Shown here in pieces: positions 18,291 through 27,149 of a stretch of DNA of 64,000 nucleotides. The translations under genes and the position numbers were made by a program. The notes beneath the pieces are model-generated. The model did no database searches, was not told the origin of the DNA, and saw nothing but the letters and a program-made list of their open reading frames with translations. The stretch's first letter is position 1. Each line of letters begins with the position of its first letter. Source of the stretch: Bacteriovoracia bacterium (GTDB taxonomy: Bacteria; Bdellovibrionota; UBA1018; JBFWNL01); contig JBFWNL010000005.1 of the NCBI GenBank assembly GCA_050251055.1, forward strand, positions 96,001-160,000. The letters are read 5' to 3'.

Positions 18291-21222
18291 GCGCCGTGTC
18301 CCCGAAAGTCAGCAGGTCTTCGGCGAGCTGTTGCTTGCTCGCCTGCAGGGCCAGAATTTTTTCCTCGATCGTATCGCGGGCAATGAGTTTATGGATGATT
18401 ACGGGCCGGGACTGTCCGATGCGATGGGCCCGATCGGCGGCTTGTCGCTCGACCGCGGGGTTCCACCACGGATCCATCAGGAAGACGTAGTCGGCTTCCG
18501 TGAGTGTTAGGCCCACGCCACCTGCTTTCAGAGAGAGCAGTAGAACGGGCGGCCCATCCGGCCGTTGAAACCCTTGCACGATTTCTTCGCGATTCGCGGT
18601 GGCGCCGTCGAGCCGGAGGAAGGGAATATCCCGTTCGAGGAGTCCGGGCTCCAATAAGTCCAGGAAGCTTGTCCATTGGGAGAATACGAGGGCCTTGTGC
18701 CCGGCGGCCACGGCTTCGTGCAATCTCTCCCAAAGAAGCTCCGCCTTAGCGGAGCTTGCGTCCGCCTCGGTCATGCCCGGAAGGAGGCGCGGGTGGCAAC
18801 AGGCCTGGCGCAAGCGAAGCAACGCTTCGAGCGCCCCAAATAGACCGCCTGCAGAATGCCCTGAGGCAAGTTGGGCCACAACTTCGGCGCGGGTCGCCGC
18901 GAGCACGGCCTGGTACTTTTCTCGTTCCGGCGCGCTGAGTTCGAGCGAAAGAGTAAGCTCAGTCTTGGATGGGAGCTCGCGCGTGACGTCTTCTTTTGTC
19001 CGGCGCAGGAAAAACGGGCGGATTCGCCGCCGCGTGGATTCGACATCGCTTTCGCCGAATTCGCGCGGGAGCAATCCCGGATTGATGAATTCGAACTGCG
19101 CCCACAGATCCGAAAAGCGGTTTTCGATCGGCGTTCCCGAGAGCGCCAGGCGGAATGGGGCCCGTAGTTTTTTCACGGCTTGGAAGGTTTGGCTTTGCGG
19201 ATTTCGAATGATCTGTGACTCGTCGATCACGATCATGTCCCAAGCTTCTCCGGCCAGACGGTCAGCTTCGGCACGCAAAGTGCCGAAGCTCGTTAGCATG
19301 ACGTCGCCGCCCTCGATTGCGCGACCCGCGCCATGGAAGAGATTCGGTGCGAGGCTGGGTCGGAATTTGCGCAATTGCTCGCGCCAACCGTGGAGAACAC
19401 TCGTCGGTGCGACGACTAATGTACGGGCGCCACCGCCTTCGGGCATTGCGCAGATCGCTTGCAAGGTCTTGCCTAAACCCATGTCGTCGGCCAGCAGTCC
19501 ACCCATTTCGTGGCGGCGGAGGAACTGCAGCCAGGCCACGCCTGCTTTCTGGTAGTCGCGCAGCGTGGCGCTTACTCCCGCGGGGAGAGCGGCGGCGGGA
19601 ATTTGGGTGAAGTCTTTCGTGAATTCACGAATTCGCGCCAGGGTTTGGGCTTCTCCGTCGACTTCGCCAATATCAAGTAGGGCGGGGATCAGGTACGGCG
19701 GCAGCCGCTCGCCGTTCGCCGTTTGGGCCGCAAGCAAATCTTGGATCGTCTTCCCGTAGCGTTCTAGCCAGTCGCGGGGCAATTCCCCCCAGGCGCCTTC
19801 GGTGACCGGCACGTACGCACGTCCGTCGCCCCACGCCGCCCAAACGGCGTCGGCCGTGACGCCCACGTCGTGGCTTCCCGTCGATGACCGGAATTGGAGT
19901 TGAAAGCGCCCTTTGGGGTCGAGGCTCAATTGTGGAATGAGTTCGCCTAGCAGCCGCGGCGAGGGTCGGGACGTTCCGCCCACGGGCTTTTCCGCCGGCT
20001 CGCCCAGGTTTTCCCAGCCCGCGGCGAGCCGTAAAAATCGCACCGCCTCCATCCCCTCGAAGCGAGTGGGTTGATCGAGCTGGAGATGAAGTTCGGACTT
20101 CAGCGATTTCGCTAGTGCGGCTTCTAGGGCGAGGATCGCCGCGTCTCGTATGGGGACTTTTCCAGGGTGCTCGAGCAAGAGCTCGCCGCCCCGAACTTGG
20201 CCAAGCCGGGGACCGCCGGGCTCGGCGTAGACGATCACGGCCGTTACCACGAGCCGGTCCTCGCCCAGGCTTTCTTGCTTCAGGGCAATCCGTGGACGCA
20301 CCCGGACGGACTCGGGTAATCGCGCCTCGCTGACGTCGAGCGCCAGCTCCTGACGCAGTTCAGGCAAAGTTTCGGAGACAAACCGGGGTAGGGCTTTTTC
20401 TTCGATGAGCCGTCCTTCGAGGAAAGCCAGGGTGGTCGTGGAAAGCCGGGGGACCTCGTAGGGGCATAAGGTGTCACCCTGACAGGCGATGCCATTTTCA
20501 AAGATCTCCATGCCGTTCCCACCTGCCTGGCTTTCGATCCGAAGGCCGCCCGGGACCCGCATCAGCCGCGCCGAGTGTCGGATGGGAGTCGTTGAGATTT
20601 TCATGCGCACCTCCGCCCGACGGGTTTCCGACAAGCCCTGCGCGGCTTTCAAAAATGAGATCGAGTCGGGCGCCTGGGTTCCGCCCGCTTCACTCAAAAG
20701 GCGATCCATCGCAAAGTCAGCGCGCGTGGCGGCTGGGAGCGCTCCCGCGATGCGGCCCGAGGTGATACCGCCCAGGTATCCGACTAGGCTTCCCGTCAGC
20801 GGGACTGGCGCGCCTCGCTGTACGATCGCGCGCTCGAGGAGCAGTCGAGGTAACGCTCGCCCCGCGCGGGTTACCCAAGTGTAGATGATCTGCCCGTTCT
20901 GTCGGGCCTGACCTTCGTGTCCCGCGCTTTCGTCCGGTTTCTTTAGCAGGTCGTTTTTCAGCGCCACGACTGCCGCCACCACGTGCAGGCAGGGTTCCAC
21001 CCGGTCTCCGCAATCGCAATAGGCGTCGTCTTCTTCGGGCCAAAGGGTGACCTGGGGACTTACGGGCCGATTCGTTACCTTGACGCGCAGGTGGATTTCC
21101 CCTGCTTCCCGTCGGTCTTCGTAGACGGAGTTCTCACGGGCCAACGCGACGCCGCGGGACCAGATTCCCGGTAGGGCTTGGCGTTGGATAGATTGAAAGA
21201 ATTCGTCGATCACCTTGGACAT
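18256..21222 (-). CDS. SWIM zinc-finger SNF2-family helicase
   Basis: CDC...PCLH SWIM motif; LRDYQ, LADDMGLGKT, DESQ, LSGTPIEN, FSQW, DPWWNPAVERQAADRAHRIGQ. Confidence 0.93.
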   Translation of the reverse strand: MSKVIDEFFQSIQRQALPGIWSRGVALARENSVYEDRREAGEIHLRVKVTNRPVSPQVTLWPEEDDAYCDCGDRVEPCLHVVAAVVALKNDLLKKPDESAGHEGQARQNGQIIYTWVTRAGRALPRLLLERAIVQRGAPVPLTGSLVGYLGGITSGRIAGALPAATRADFAMDRLLSEAGGTQAPDSISFLKAAQGLSETRRAEVRMKISTTPIRHSARLMRVPGGLRIESQAGGNGMEIFENGIACQGDTLCPYEVPRLSTTTLAFLEGRLIEEKALPRFVSETLPELRQELALDVSEARLPESVRVRPRIALKQESLGEDRLVVTAVIVYAEPGGPRLGQVRGGELLLEHPGKVPIRDAAILALEAALAKSLKSELHLQLDQPTRFEGMEAVRFLRLAAGWENLGEPAEKPVGGTSRPSPRLLGELIPQLSLDPKGRFQLQFRSSTGSHDVGVTADAVWAAWGDGRAYVPVTEGAWGELPRDWLERYGKTIQDLLAAQTANGERLPPYLIPALLDIGEVDGEAQTLARIREFTKDFTQIPAAALPAGVSATLRDYQKAGVAWLQFLRRHEMGGLLADDMGLGKTLQAICAMPEGGGARTLVVAPTSVLHGWREQLRKFRPSLAPNLFHGAGRAIEGGDVMLTSFGTLRAEADRLAGEAWDMIVIDESQIIRNPQSQTFQAVKKLRAPFRLALSGTPIENRFSDLWAQFEFINPGLLPREFGESDVESTRRRIRPFFLRRTKEDVTRELPSKTELTLSLELSAPEREKYQAVLAATRAEVVAQLASGHSAGGLFGALEALLRLRQACCHPRLLPGMTEADASSAKAELLWERLHEAVAAGHKALVFSQWTSFLDLLEPGLLERDIPFLRLDGATANREEIVQGFQRPDGPPVLLLSLKAGGVGLTLTEADYVFLMDPWWNPAVERQAADRAHRIGQSRPVIIHKLIARDTIEEKILALQASKQQLAEDLLTFGDTALTRDDLLALLT

Positions 21223-21243
21223 ACCGGGATATACTGCCCCGGA

Positions 21244-21939
21244 GTGAAGCTCAAAACCACGCATTTATCACGGCCGCCGCACCCTTATTCGATTCCGATG
21301 ACACTGGGAATTCTCCTCTGGGTGGCCACCTGGTCCACCGCGTATTGGCAGGACTGGGGTGGACTCGCCGGCCTATGGAGCGCGATTCCCGAGCGCGTAC
21401 TTCAGCACGGCGAACTCTGGCGGATCCTCACCGCCGCGTTCGTTCACTCCGATCTGTCCCATTTGCTTTCCAATGCGTTGGGGTTGGGCGTGCTCTCGTT
21501 TCTCACTTTCGGTTACTACGGGTTCCGCGTGACGCCGCTACTGACGTTGGGGTTGGCTGCGGCGGCGAACTTGATCGTGATGTTCACGTACTCCCCGCAA
21601 GTTCGGCTGGTCGGAGCATCCGGCTGGGTATATACGCTCGCCGGTTTTTGGTTGGTTCAGTTCATTTGCCTGCAACGCCAATACACACTCCCGGGCAGAT
21701 GGATGCGTGCGGTGGCGGTCGCCTTGGCTACGATGGGACCTTCCACTTACGAGCCCGGCGTCAGCTACCGAACCCATGTGGTGGGATTTTTCTTGGGTGC
21801 CGTGGTTTCCTGGTTTTATTTTAGAATTCATCGCGAGCGTCTCCGCTCGGCGGAAGAGTGGGTATTGACGAGCTTGGAGCGCCCCCTGGGTTGGGAAGAA
21901 CAAGCGGATGCGTCTTCCAACCGTTCTCGCCCGTCTTGA
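21244..21939 (+). CDS. Rhomboid intramembrane serine protease
   Basis: WRILTAAFVH, HLLSN, GASG catalytic Ser, THVVG catalytic His; start uncertain (GTG 21244 or ATG 21298). Confidence 0.88.
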   Translation: MKLKTTHLSRPPHPYSIPMTLGILLWVATWSTAYWQDWGGLAGLWSAIPERVLQHGELWRILTAAFVHSDLSHLLSNALGLGVLSFLTFGYYGFRVTPLLTLGLAAAANLIVMFTYSPQVRLVGASGWVYTLAGFWLVQFICLQRQYTLPGRWMRAVAVALATMGPSTYEPGVSYRTHVVGFFLGAVVSWFYFRIHRERLRSAEEWVLTSLERPLGWEEQADASSNRSRPS

Positions 21940-21969
21940 CAACCCGCGTCTTATTCTGTATTAATACAG
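21936..21969 (+). promoter_or_regulatory. Putative sigma70 promoter overlapped by a 14-bp palindrome
   Basis: TTGACA (21936-41), 17 nt, then TATTAA; perfect palindrome CTGTATTAATACAG at 21956-21969. Confidence 0.5.
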
Positions 21970-21982
21970 TCGGTTTATTGTT

Positions 21983-23557
21983 GTGAAAAACTACTTTAAT
22001 TTCAAATATTTAATTCTGGGATGGGGAATTGGGATCGGCGCAATTAGCTGTGCCCCCTCCGCTTCTCGAACTCCGCTTCCGAGTCATTCGGGAGGCGGCC
22101 ATCAAAGGGCTGCCGTGGAAGACGTTTACGTGGCCGAGGTCTGGCCGCTCGATGAGGCCGTATCTCGGCTGCAAAGTAATATCTCGACCTTGGCTAAAGG
22201 ACTCGAAGCAGAAGCGGAGCTTAAGCTGGAGGCGAGCCGATTCGTGGAATCCGTGCTGCGATCGCGCAACGGCGACGGTGCGGATATCCGTGCCTTTAAT
22301 CGTTTTGAGACCGTCTTTTCGGCGGTGTACGAGAACGACTTTCCCAGGGATCCGGTGTGGTTCGACGGTAGAGACCTCGTGGCGGACACGATCCAGCTCA
22401 TGAACTTTCTTCACCACCGCTTGCATGGTGCGGAGGAGGGAGAAAGTGGTTCCGGCCTCGACGACTACCGGGCGTGGGTGAGAATCCGAGAGCTGGCGGG
22501 TGCTCTGCGGGAGCGTATAAACGCCCAGCTCCAAGCTCGTGAGATCGTTTCCCGTGACTTCGTGACTTACGAAGTGGGCAGAGTTCGGATGACTGCCTCG
22601 TGGGCGGCTCAATTCCACGACGCATTGCGGGTGACACTATTCCACAACCCGCTTTGTAAGCGAGGTACCCTCCGCGCGCCTTTCGCTTGGAAAGACCTGT
22701 TTCCGAATCCGGAACTTTTACCCGCGTTGAACCAAACTTACCGGCAATTCCTGTATTTTTGGCAGGCGGCAGGGATCAGGGATTCTGCCACGGTTTTGGC
22801 TTTCAATCGGCTGCATGCGGAGCTGGACCGGCAAGCGGTCGTGTCGGCGAAGCTGACGGGATCGATGAAATTTTATCTTGAGCACACCAAGATCATCGAC
22901 GATCGGTCGCGCGTGCGGTTCGTCGTCAGTGAGTTAGAGCTTCCCGAGCTCAAGGATGACGAACAGGGTTTCGAGCTGCGGGTGGAGATGGAGAAGACCT
23001 TGTCGTTGATAGACGGCAACGCGCTGCAAGTCCGGCACGCGCTGGCTTCGACGGCGCTCCTCAAGCATTCGCCAGGGACTTCTGACAGCTTAGAGCTGAA
23101 TTTTCCGGCACGGCTGCTCAACGAAGCGATTGGCCAGCTGGAGCCCCTTTCCTTTTTTCCTCCTAGCCGTCTCCGCCTGGGGCTTTACCGGATTGATGGA
23201 AAGGGCGAAGAGCACGAGGTGGGTTATCTCTACCTGCCTTTCAAACGGAGTCTAGAGAACCCCTCGCTGACACGTTTGAATTTAATCGCGCTCTATCCAC
23301 CTAACGAGCGTTATGGGCTCGGGCATGTCAAAGGCTATGATTTAGGTCATTTTGAGTCCGATTCGGTGGATCGTAGTTTTCATCTTTACCTGGAAGAGAT
23401 CGATCGCGCCGCTCCGCAGGTGGAAGTCGCCCTCAATGAGCGTTGGGCGCGCTCTTTCCACGTGGGCGCTCCGGGCGAGGAAGAAGCCGCTACCCGGTGG
23501 GGCAAGGACACTCGAATTTTGGCCCGGATGCACCTTCAATTCCTGATTTCCCGATAG
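21983..23557 (+). CDS. Hypothetical lipoprotein
   Basis: 524-aa ORF with lipobox-like AISC; no recognisable motif. Confidence 0.65.
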   Translation: MKNYFNFKYLILGWGIGIGAISCAPSASRTPLPSHSGGGHQRAAVEDVYVAEVWPLDEAVSRLQSNISTLAKGLEAEAELKLEASRFVESVLRSRNGDGADIRAFNRFETVFSAVYENDFPRDPVWFDGRDLVADTIQLMNFLHHRLHGAEEGESGSGLDDYRAWVRIRELAGALRERINAQLQAREIVSRDFVTYEVGRVRMTASWAAQFHDALRVTLFHNPLCKRGTLRAPFAWKDLFPNPELLPALNQTYRQFLYFWQAAGIRDSATVLAFNRLHAELDRQAVVSAKLTGSMKFYLEHTKIIDDRSRVRFVVSELELPELKDDEQGFELRVEMEKTLSLIDGNALQVRHALASTALLKHSPGTSDSLELNFPARLLNEAIGQLEPLSFFPPSRLRLGLYRIDGKGEEHEVGYLYLPFKRSLENPSLTRLNLIALYPPNERYGLGHVKGYDLGHFESDSVDRSFHLYLEEIDRAAPQVEVALNERWARSFHVGAPGEEEAATRWGKDTRILARMHLQFLISR

Positions 23558-23573
23558 TACAATACGGGCACGC

Positions 23574-24338
23574 ATGACCATCGCGCGAGCCGGGCTGATT
23601 TCCTTTTTTTTGTTTTTCGGTTTCTCCCGTGGAGCCGTCGCCGAGGAATGGCAGGTTTTGGCGGAGCGACTGACGGGGGAGTCCGACGCCGCGCGCGCCG
23701 AAGTCGTGCAAGCGTTGCGCGACGTCCCCGATCTCCAAAATCTCCTGTTTCGGGAGTTAAGCGGTATGAACCGCCCTCTGGCGCTCGATGTGATCGCCGC
23801 GCTTGGATTGAAGGAGTTCATCCCGGAGCTCAAGGCGCGCGTGGCCAGCGATGCCGATGGCTTGGTCACGTTGGCTTTGAATACCTTGGCCGCGGGACCC
23901 GCGGCGCACGAGCTGGCGGAGTTTTACCGGGCCGTGCTCGAAACCGCCCGTACGGGGATTTACCTATCTCCCGTGACGCGGGTGATTCTACTCGACACCT
24001 TGGGACGTTTTGGCGGATTCGTGGATCCTGCCGTGCTTCAGGAGCTGCTGGTGGCCGACGAACCCGAAGTCCGCAGCGCGGTCTTGTACTACTCTCGCTT
24101 CTTCTGGAAAAAAAGCGAGCGAGCTGAGCTTTTACCTTTAGCCAGGGAAGCCCTCTTTGCCCCTGCTTTTCAGCTGCGCCTACAGGTTTTGAGTCTCCTG
24201 CCGGAGTTGCCGCCCGCGTTTCGTTCCACGGGACGTCGCTATCTCGACCACTGCTTGCGGGATCCCCATGCGGAAGTGCGGGCTCAGTGCCGTTTGCAGC
24301 TTCAAGCCGAGTTGACGCGAGGGTGGGGGCGTTCATGA
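23574..24338 (+). CDS. Secreted HEAT-repeat-like protein
   Basis: Signal peptide; helical repeats (LLVADEPEVRSAV, CLRDPHAEVRAQC). Confidence 0.65.
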   Translation: MTIARAGLISFFLFFGFSRGAVAEEWQVLAERLTGESDAARAEVVQALRDVPDLQNLLFRELSGMNRPLALDVIAALGLKEFIPELKARVASDADGLVTLALNTLAAGPAAHELAEFYRAVLETARTGIYLSPVTRVILLDTLGRFGGFVDPAVLQELLVADEPEVRSAVLYYSRFFWKKSERAELLPLAREALFAPAFQLRLQVLSLLPELPPAFRSTGRRYLDHCLRDPHAEVRAQCRLQLQAELTRGWGRS

Positions 24339-25168
24339 GCCCGCGCGCATTCTATGGTGCATGGACGATCCTTCTCGTGGCCATGGCTCCCGTGGCGGCT
24401 GCAGCTCCGGTTGATTGCTCCTCCGCGTTTAGCCGGATTTTCGGCAAGCCGACAGCCGATATCCGGCTGGTGTTTGGGTATAAAGATGCGCGGCCGGCCC
24501 GCTTCGTGGGTGATCGCTACGAGCGAATGATGGTGATTCGCCGTTTGATGGCTCCGTGCGTGGCTGATCAGAGTGTTTGCGGATTTCGGCGCGATCCGGG
24601 GGATGCGGAGCTATTCCTAAAGGATATCCCCGGAGAAACGGGCGATACGACCGTGCGACTCCGCGTGGTCGCCAGTTCCGCCGGTCCGGACGACGATGCT
24701 AACCGTGAGGATCCTTTTCAATCTTGGTTGAGTCGCCGCGCCGAACAAGTGTTTCTATCCGGACTCCAGTTCGCGGACGTGGTTTTTTATCTCGGGCACT
24801 CTCGTTCCGGTGGGGGGCCGGACTTCACGCCGCCGCGGCTCGATTCCGCCCAGCACGCCGACTACGCTTGGTACAAGGCACAGGCGCCCGGCCTCAAGCG
24901 GATGCTTGAAAGTTTAGCGCGTGCGGACATTCCGCCCCGCTGGATCGGGTTGTTTTCATGTGTTTCGGAAAGGCATTTCCTGGAAGCATCGACCAAGGCT
25001 TTGCCTAGGTCGGTTCGGGGCGAGGTGGGATTCATCACTAGCGATCGGCTGCTCTACTATTGGGATTCGTTACAAAACGCGCTGGCGGCGCTGTCGGCCG
25101 TGTTGGGAAAAAGATGCGAGCCCGCCTTGAGCGGAGCCGTTTATGGCGACGCTCAGGCGGGCCCGTAA
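24335..25168 (+). CDS. Secreted hypothetical protein with a possible clan-CD His/Cys dyad
   Basis: Signal peptide; VVFYLGHS and IGLFSC motifs; ATGA overlap with the upstream gene. Confidence 0.6.
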   Translation: MSPRAFYGAWTILLVAMAPVAAAAPVDCSSAFSRIFGKPTADIRLVFGYKDARPARFVGDRYERMMVIRRLMAPCVADQSVCGFRRDPGDAELFLKDIPGETGDTTVRLRVVASSAGPDDDANREDPFQSWLSRRAEQVFLSGLQFADVVFYLGHSRSGGGPDFTPPRLDSAQHADYAWYKAQAPGLKRMLESLARADIPPRWIGLFSCVSERHFLEASTKALPRSVRGEVGFITSDRLLYYWDSLQNALAALSAVLGKRCEPALSGAVYGDAQAGP

Positions 25169-25185
25169 ATCTTTATTAAATGGAA

Positions 25186-25365
25186 TTAGATACCGCGGCC
25201 GCTAGAGGCAGCGCCGAGGGAAAGCGAGTCGGAAGTTTGCATGGGGGCAGCTTCCGGAGCCGGGGCAGCCACGGCTACCGGTTCTTCCTGCTTCACTTCT
25301 TTGTTGCTGCAAGCAAACGCCATCATGGTTACGGCAGCTAAAAACAACGTCTTCAAGGTTTTCAT
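25186..25365 (-). CDS. Small lipoprotein (59 aa)
   Basis: GGAG RBS; MKTLKTLFLAAVTMMAFAC lipobox; Ala/Pro linker; C-terminal LGAASSGRGI. Confidence 0.8.
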   Translation of the reverse strand: MKTLKTLFLAAVTMMAFACSNKEVKQEEPVAVAAPAPEAAPMQTSDSLSLGAASSGRGI

Positions 25366-25400
25366 AGTTTCATCTCCAAATAGGTTCAAGGCATACAATG

Positions 25401-25416
25401 TGCAAAGCATATGCCG
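25401..25416 (-). promoter_or_regulatory. Putative sigma54 (-24/-12) promoter of the small lipoprotein
   Basis: Minus strand CGGCATATGCTTTGCA (GG-N10-GC), about 35 nt before the ATG. Confidence 0.6.
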
Positions 25417-25519
25417 CCGCGATAATACCGGAAGTATTTGAAACTTCAAGTGTTTTTGATAAAGCGCTCAGGGTAATTTGGGCGGTGTTGTCACAAAATT
25501 ACCCGCAACTGTTGAAACT

Positions 25520-26074
25520 CTAGACAAATTTCCAAAGGTAGGTGGGTTGGCCCCAGAGCCCCGCGACCTGACGAAAGCCGGCATTCATGAAACGCGTGTT
25601 CCACCAAGCTTCCGAACGCAGCGTACGGCGGTAGGAATCGCGGCAGGCATTTCCCAAAAAAGAGCCCTCGTAGTGGAAATAGCGGCATTTCTTCCCGGCG
25701 GTGATGAGAAACGGCTCGATCTCCGCGGGCCGAAGGTACATGAGGGAGTTGGAGAAAATGAGGTCAAAGCGCGGGCATTCCTGGATATAGTCGCGCATGT
25801 CGCGAAGCTCGATCCGCGCCCGCAGGGCGCGGGGAATACGGGTAAATGCCCACGGGCTGAATTCGCAGCCGTAGGGAGTTCGGTGTAATCGCTTGCGGAA
25901 AATCCGAAGGACCTGGCCGGTGCCGGCCCCGAGCACGCAGATCGTGCGTAACCGCGGCGCCCCAGGCGCCTTGAAAAGTTCAATGCACTCGTCGACGGCG
26001 CTATATTCCCGAAAAACTTGGGAATAGGACTTTCCCGAGCCCGCGTAGCGCTGAAAGTACTTTTGGTCAAACAT
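25520..26074 (-). CDS. Class I SAM-dependent methyltransferase
   Basis: VLGAGTG motif I, YGCEFS, FDLIFSNSLMYL. Confidence 0.8.
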   Translation of the reverse strand: MFDQKYFQRYAGSGKSYSQVFREYSAVDECIELFKAPGAPRLRTICVLGAGTGQVLRIFRKRLHRTPYGCEFSPWAFTRIPRALRARIELRDMRDYIQECPRFDLIFSNSLMYLRPAEIEPFLITAGKKCRYFHYEGSFLGNACRDSYRRTLRSEAWWNTRFMNAGFRQVAGLWGQPTYLWKFV

Positions 26075-26201
26075 GAAGGAATCCTATGTAAAAAAGGCCC
26101 TCCGGGATGGCAACGAAATACGCTTTTGATAGCCACCAAATTTGACATCGCGCTTCAAAGCATGCTATCGCGGTGCATCCTGACCGACTCGTCAGGACAG
26201 T

Positions 26202-27149
26202 TTGGGGGGAGTCTTGAAGCAGAATCGTAATTTTTTTTGGGTGAGTTTACTGGGCGTCCTGGTCTTGGGCTCCGTAACGCCGGTGGAAGCGAATGTCTCT
26301 TCCGTGCTGCGCCGGTTGGCCGGCCCGATTGGCCGCTTCTTCGTCCAGGAAACGAGTGAGGGGCAAGCGCTTTTGCGCAGCCTGGGAGCGAGCGACGAAC
26401 GGGCCTTGGCCCTCAAGCTCATGGCTCCGGACGCGAACGAGCTTGCGAATAGCTTGGGCGGACGGTTGAGAACGATCGAGCGGGAACTCTTTTACCGCTC
26501 ATTGTTAGATGACGCATTCGACGCCGAATCAGTCCTGAGAACCTTGATCGCTTCCGAACTCAAGCTCGCGGCCCGCGTGCCGGGCCGGATATCCTTTGTC
26601 ATTTCCGAGACGGAAGAAACTTATCGAGCGACGGTACTCGCCGTGGAGGCCAAGTTGAAGGAAACCAAGCAGGCCTCCTCGTTAGTGGGAAAGGTCCTCG
26701 CGCGATCACAGTCCAAGTTCGTGGGGACTGAGCTGGATCTACGCTTCGGGCATTGGCAGAGCGTGAAGGCGGAGATGAATACGCCGGGATTGCGCGCGGG
26801 GCGCGCGGTATTCGAGGACTGTCAGTTAGTCGAGGCGGTTTGGTTGGACGCGCAGGCCGCCCGGGCCGAGATCGTCGGCGGCACGGTGGAAAACATGATT
26901 GCCGACGGCGCTAATTTCCAAAATTCGATTTGGCGTGGGCAGATTCGCATCGATGGCGCGAGCTTCCGCCACGCGGACTTTCGTGGAGCGGACATGCGCG
27001 GTATGGAGGCCGGAACTCTCTTCGACGCCGGCCGCGCCCACGGGCTGATTGGCCGCGTGGATTTCACGGGCGCGATCTTTGACGAGGCGACGAAGTTGCC
27101 CTTTCCGCGGGAACGGGCACTCGAGCTAGGGATGGTGTTTCTTCGGTAG
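26202..27149 (+). CDS. Secreted protein with C-terminal pentapeptide repeats
   Basis: ASFRHADFRGADMRG; terminal cap GAIFDEATKLPF...ALELGM; N-terminal signal-like segment. Confidence 0.75.
   Translation: MGGVLKQNRNFFWVSLLGVLVLGSVTPVEANVSSVLRRLAGPIGRFFVQETSEGQALLRSLGASDERALALKLMAPDANELANSLGGRLRTIERELFYRSLLDDAFDAESVLRTLIASELKLAARVPGRISFVISETEETYRATVLAVEAKLKETKQASSLVGKVLARSQSKFVGTELDLRFGHWQSVKAEMNTPGLRAGRAVFEDCQLVEAVWLDAQAARAEIVGGTVENMIADGANFQNSIWRGQIRIDGASFRHADFRGADMRGMEAGTLFDAGRAHGLIGRVDFTGAIFDEATKLPFPRERALELGMVFLR

Noticed and set aside
18256-21222. SNF2 helicase as an anti-phage defence system
   Set aside because: It has the common SWIM-SNF2 architecture with housekeeping neighbours and no nuclease or methylase partners.
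21956-21969. Palindrome as an E. coli-type LexA box
   Set aside because: The spacing is CTGT-N6-ACAG rather than N8; it is kept only as an unassigned operator candidate.
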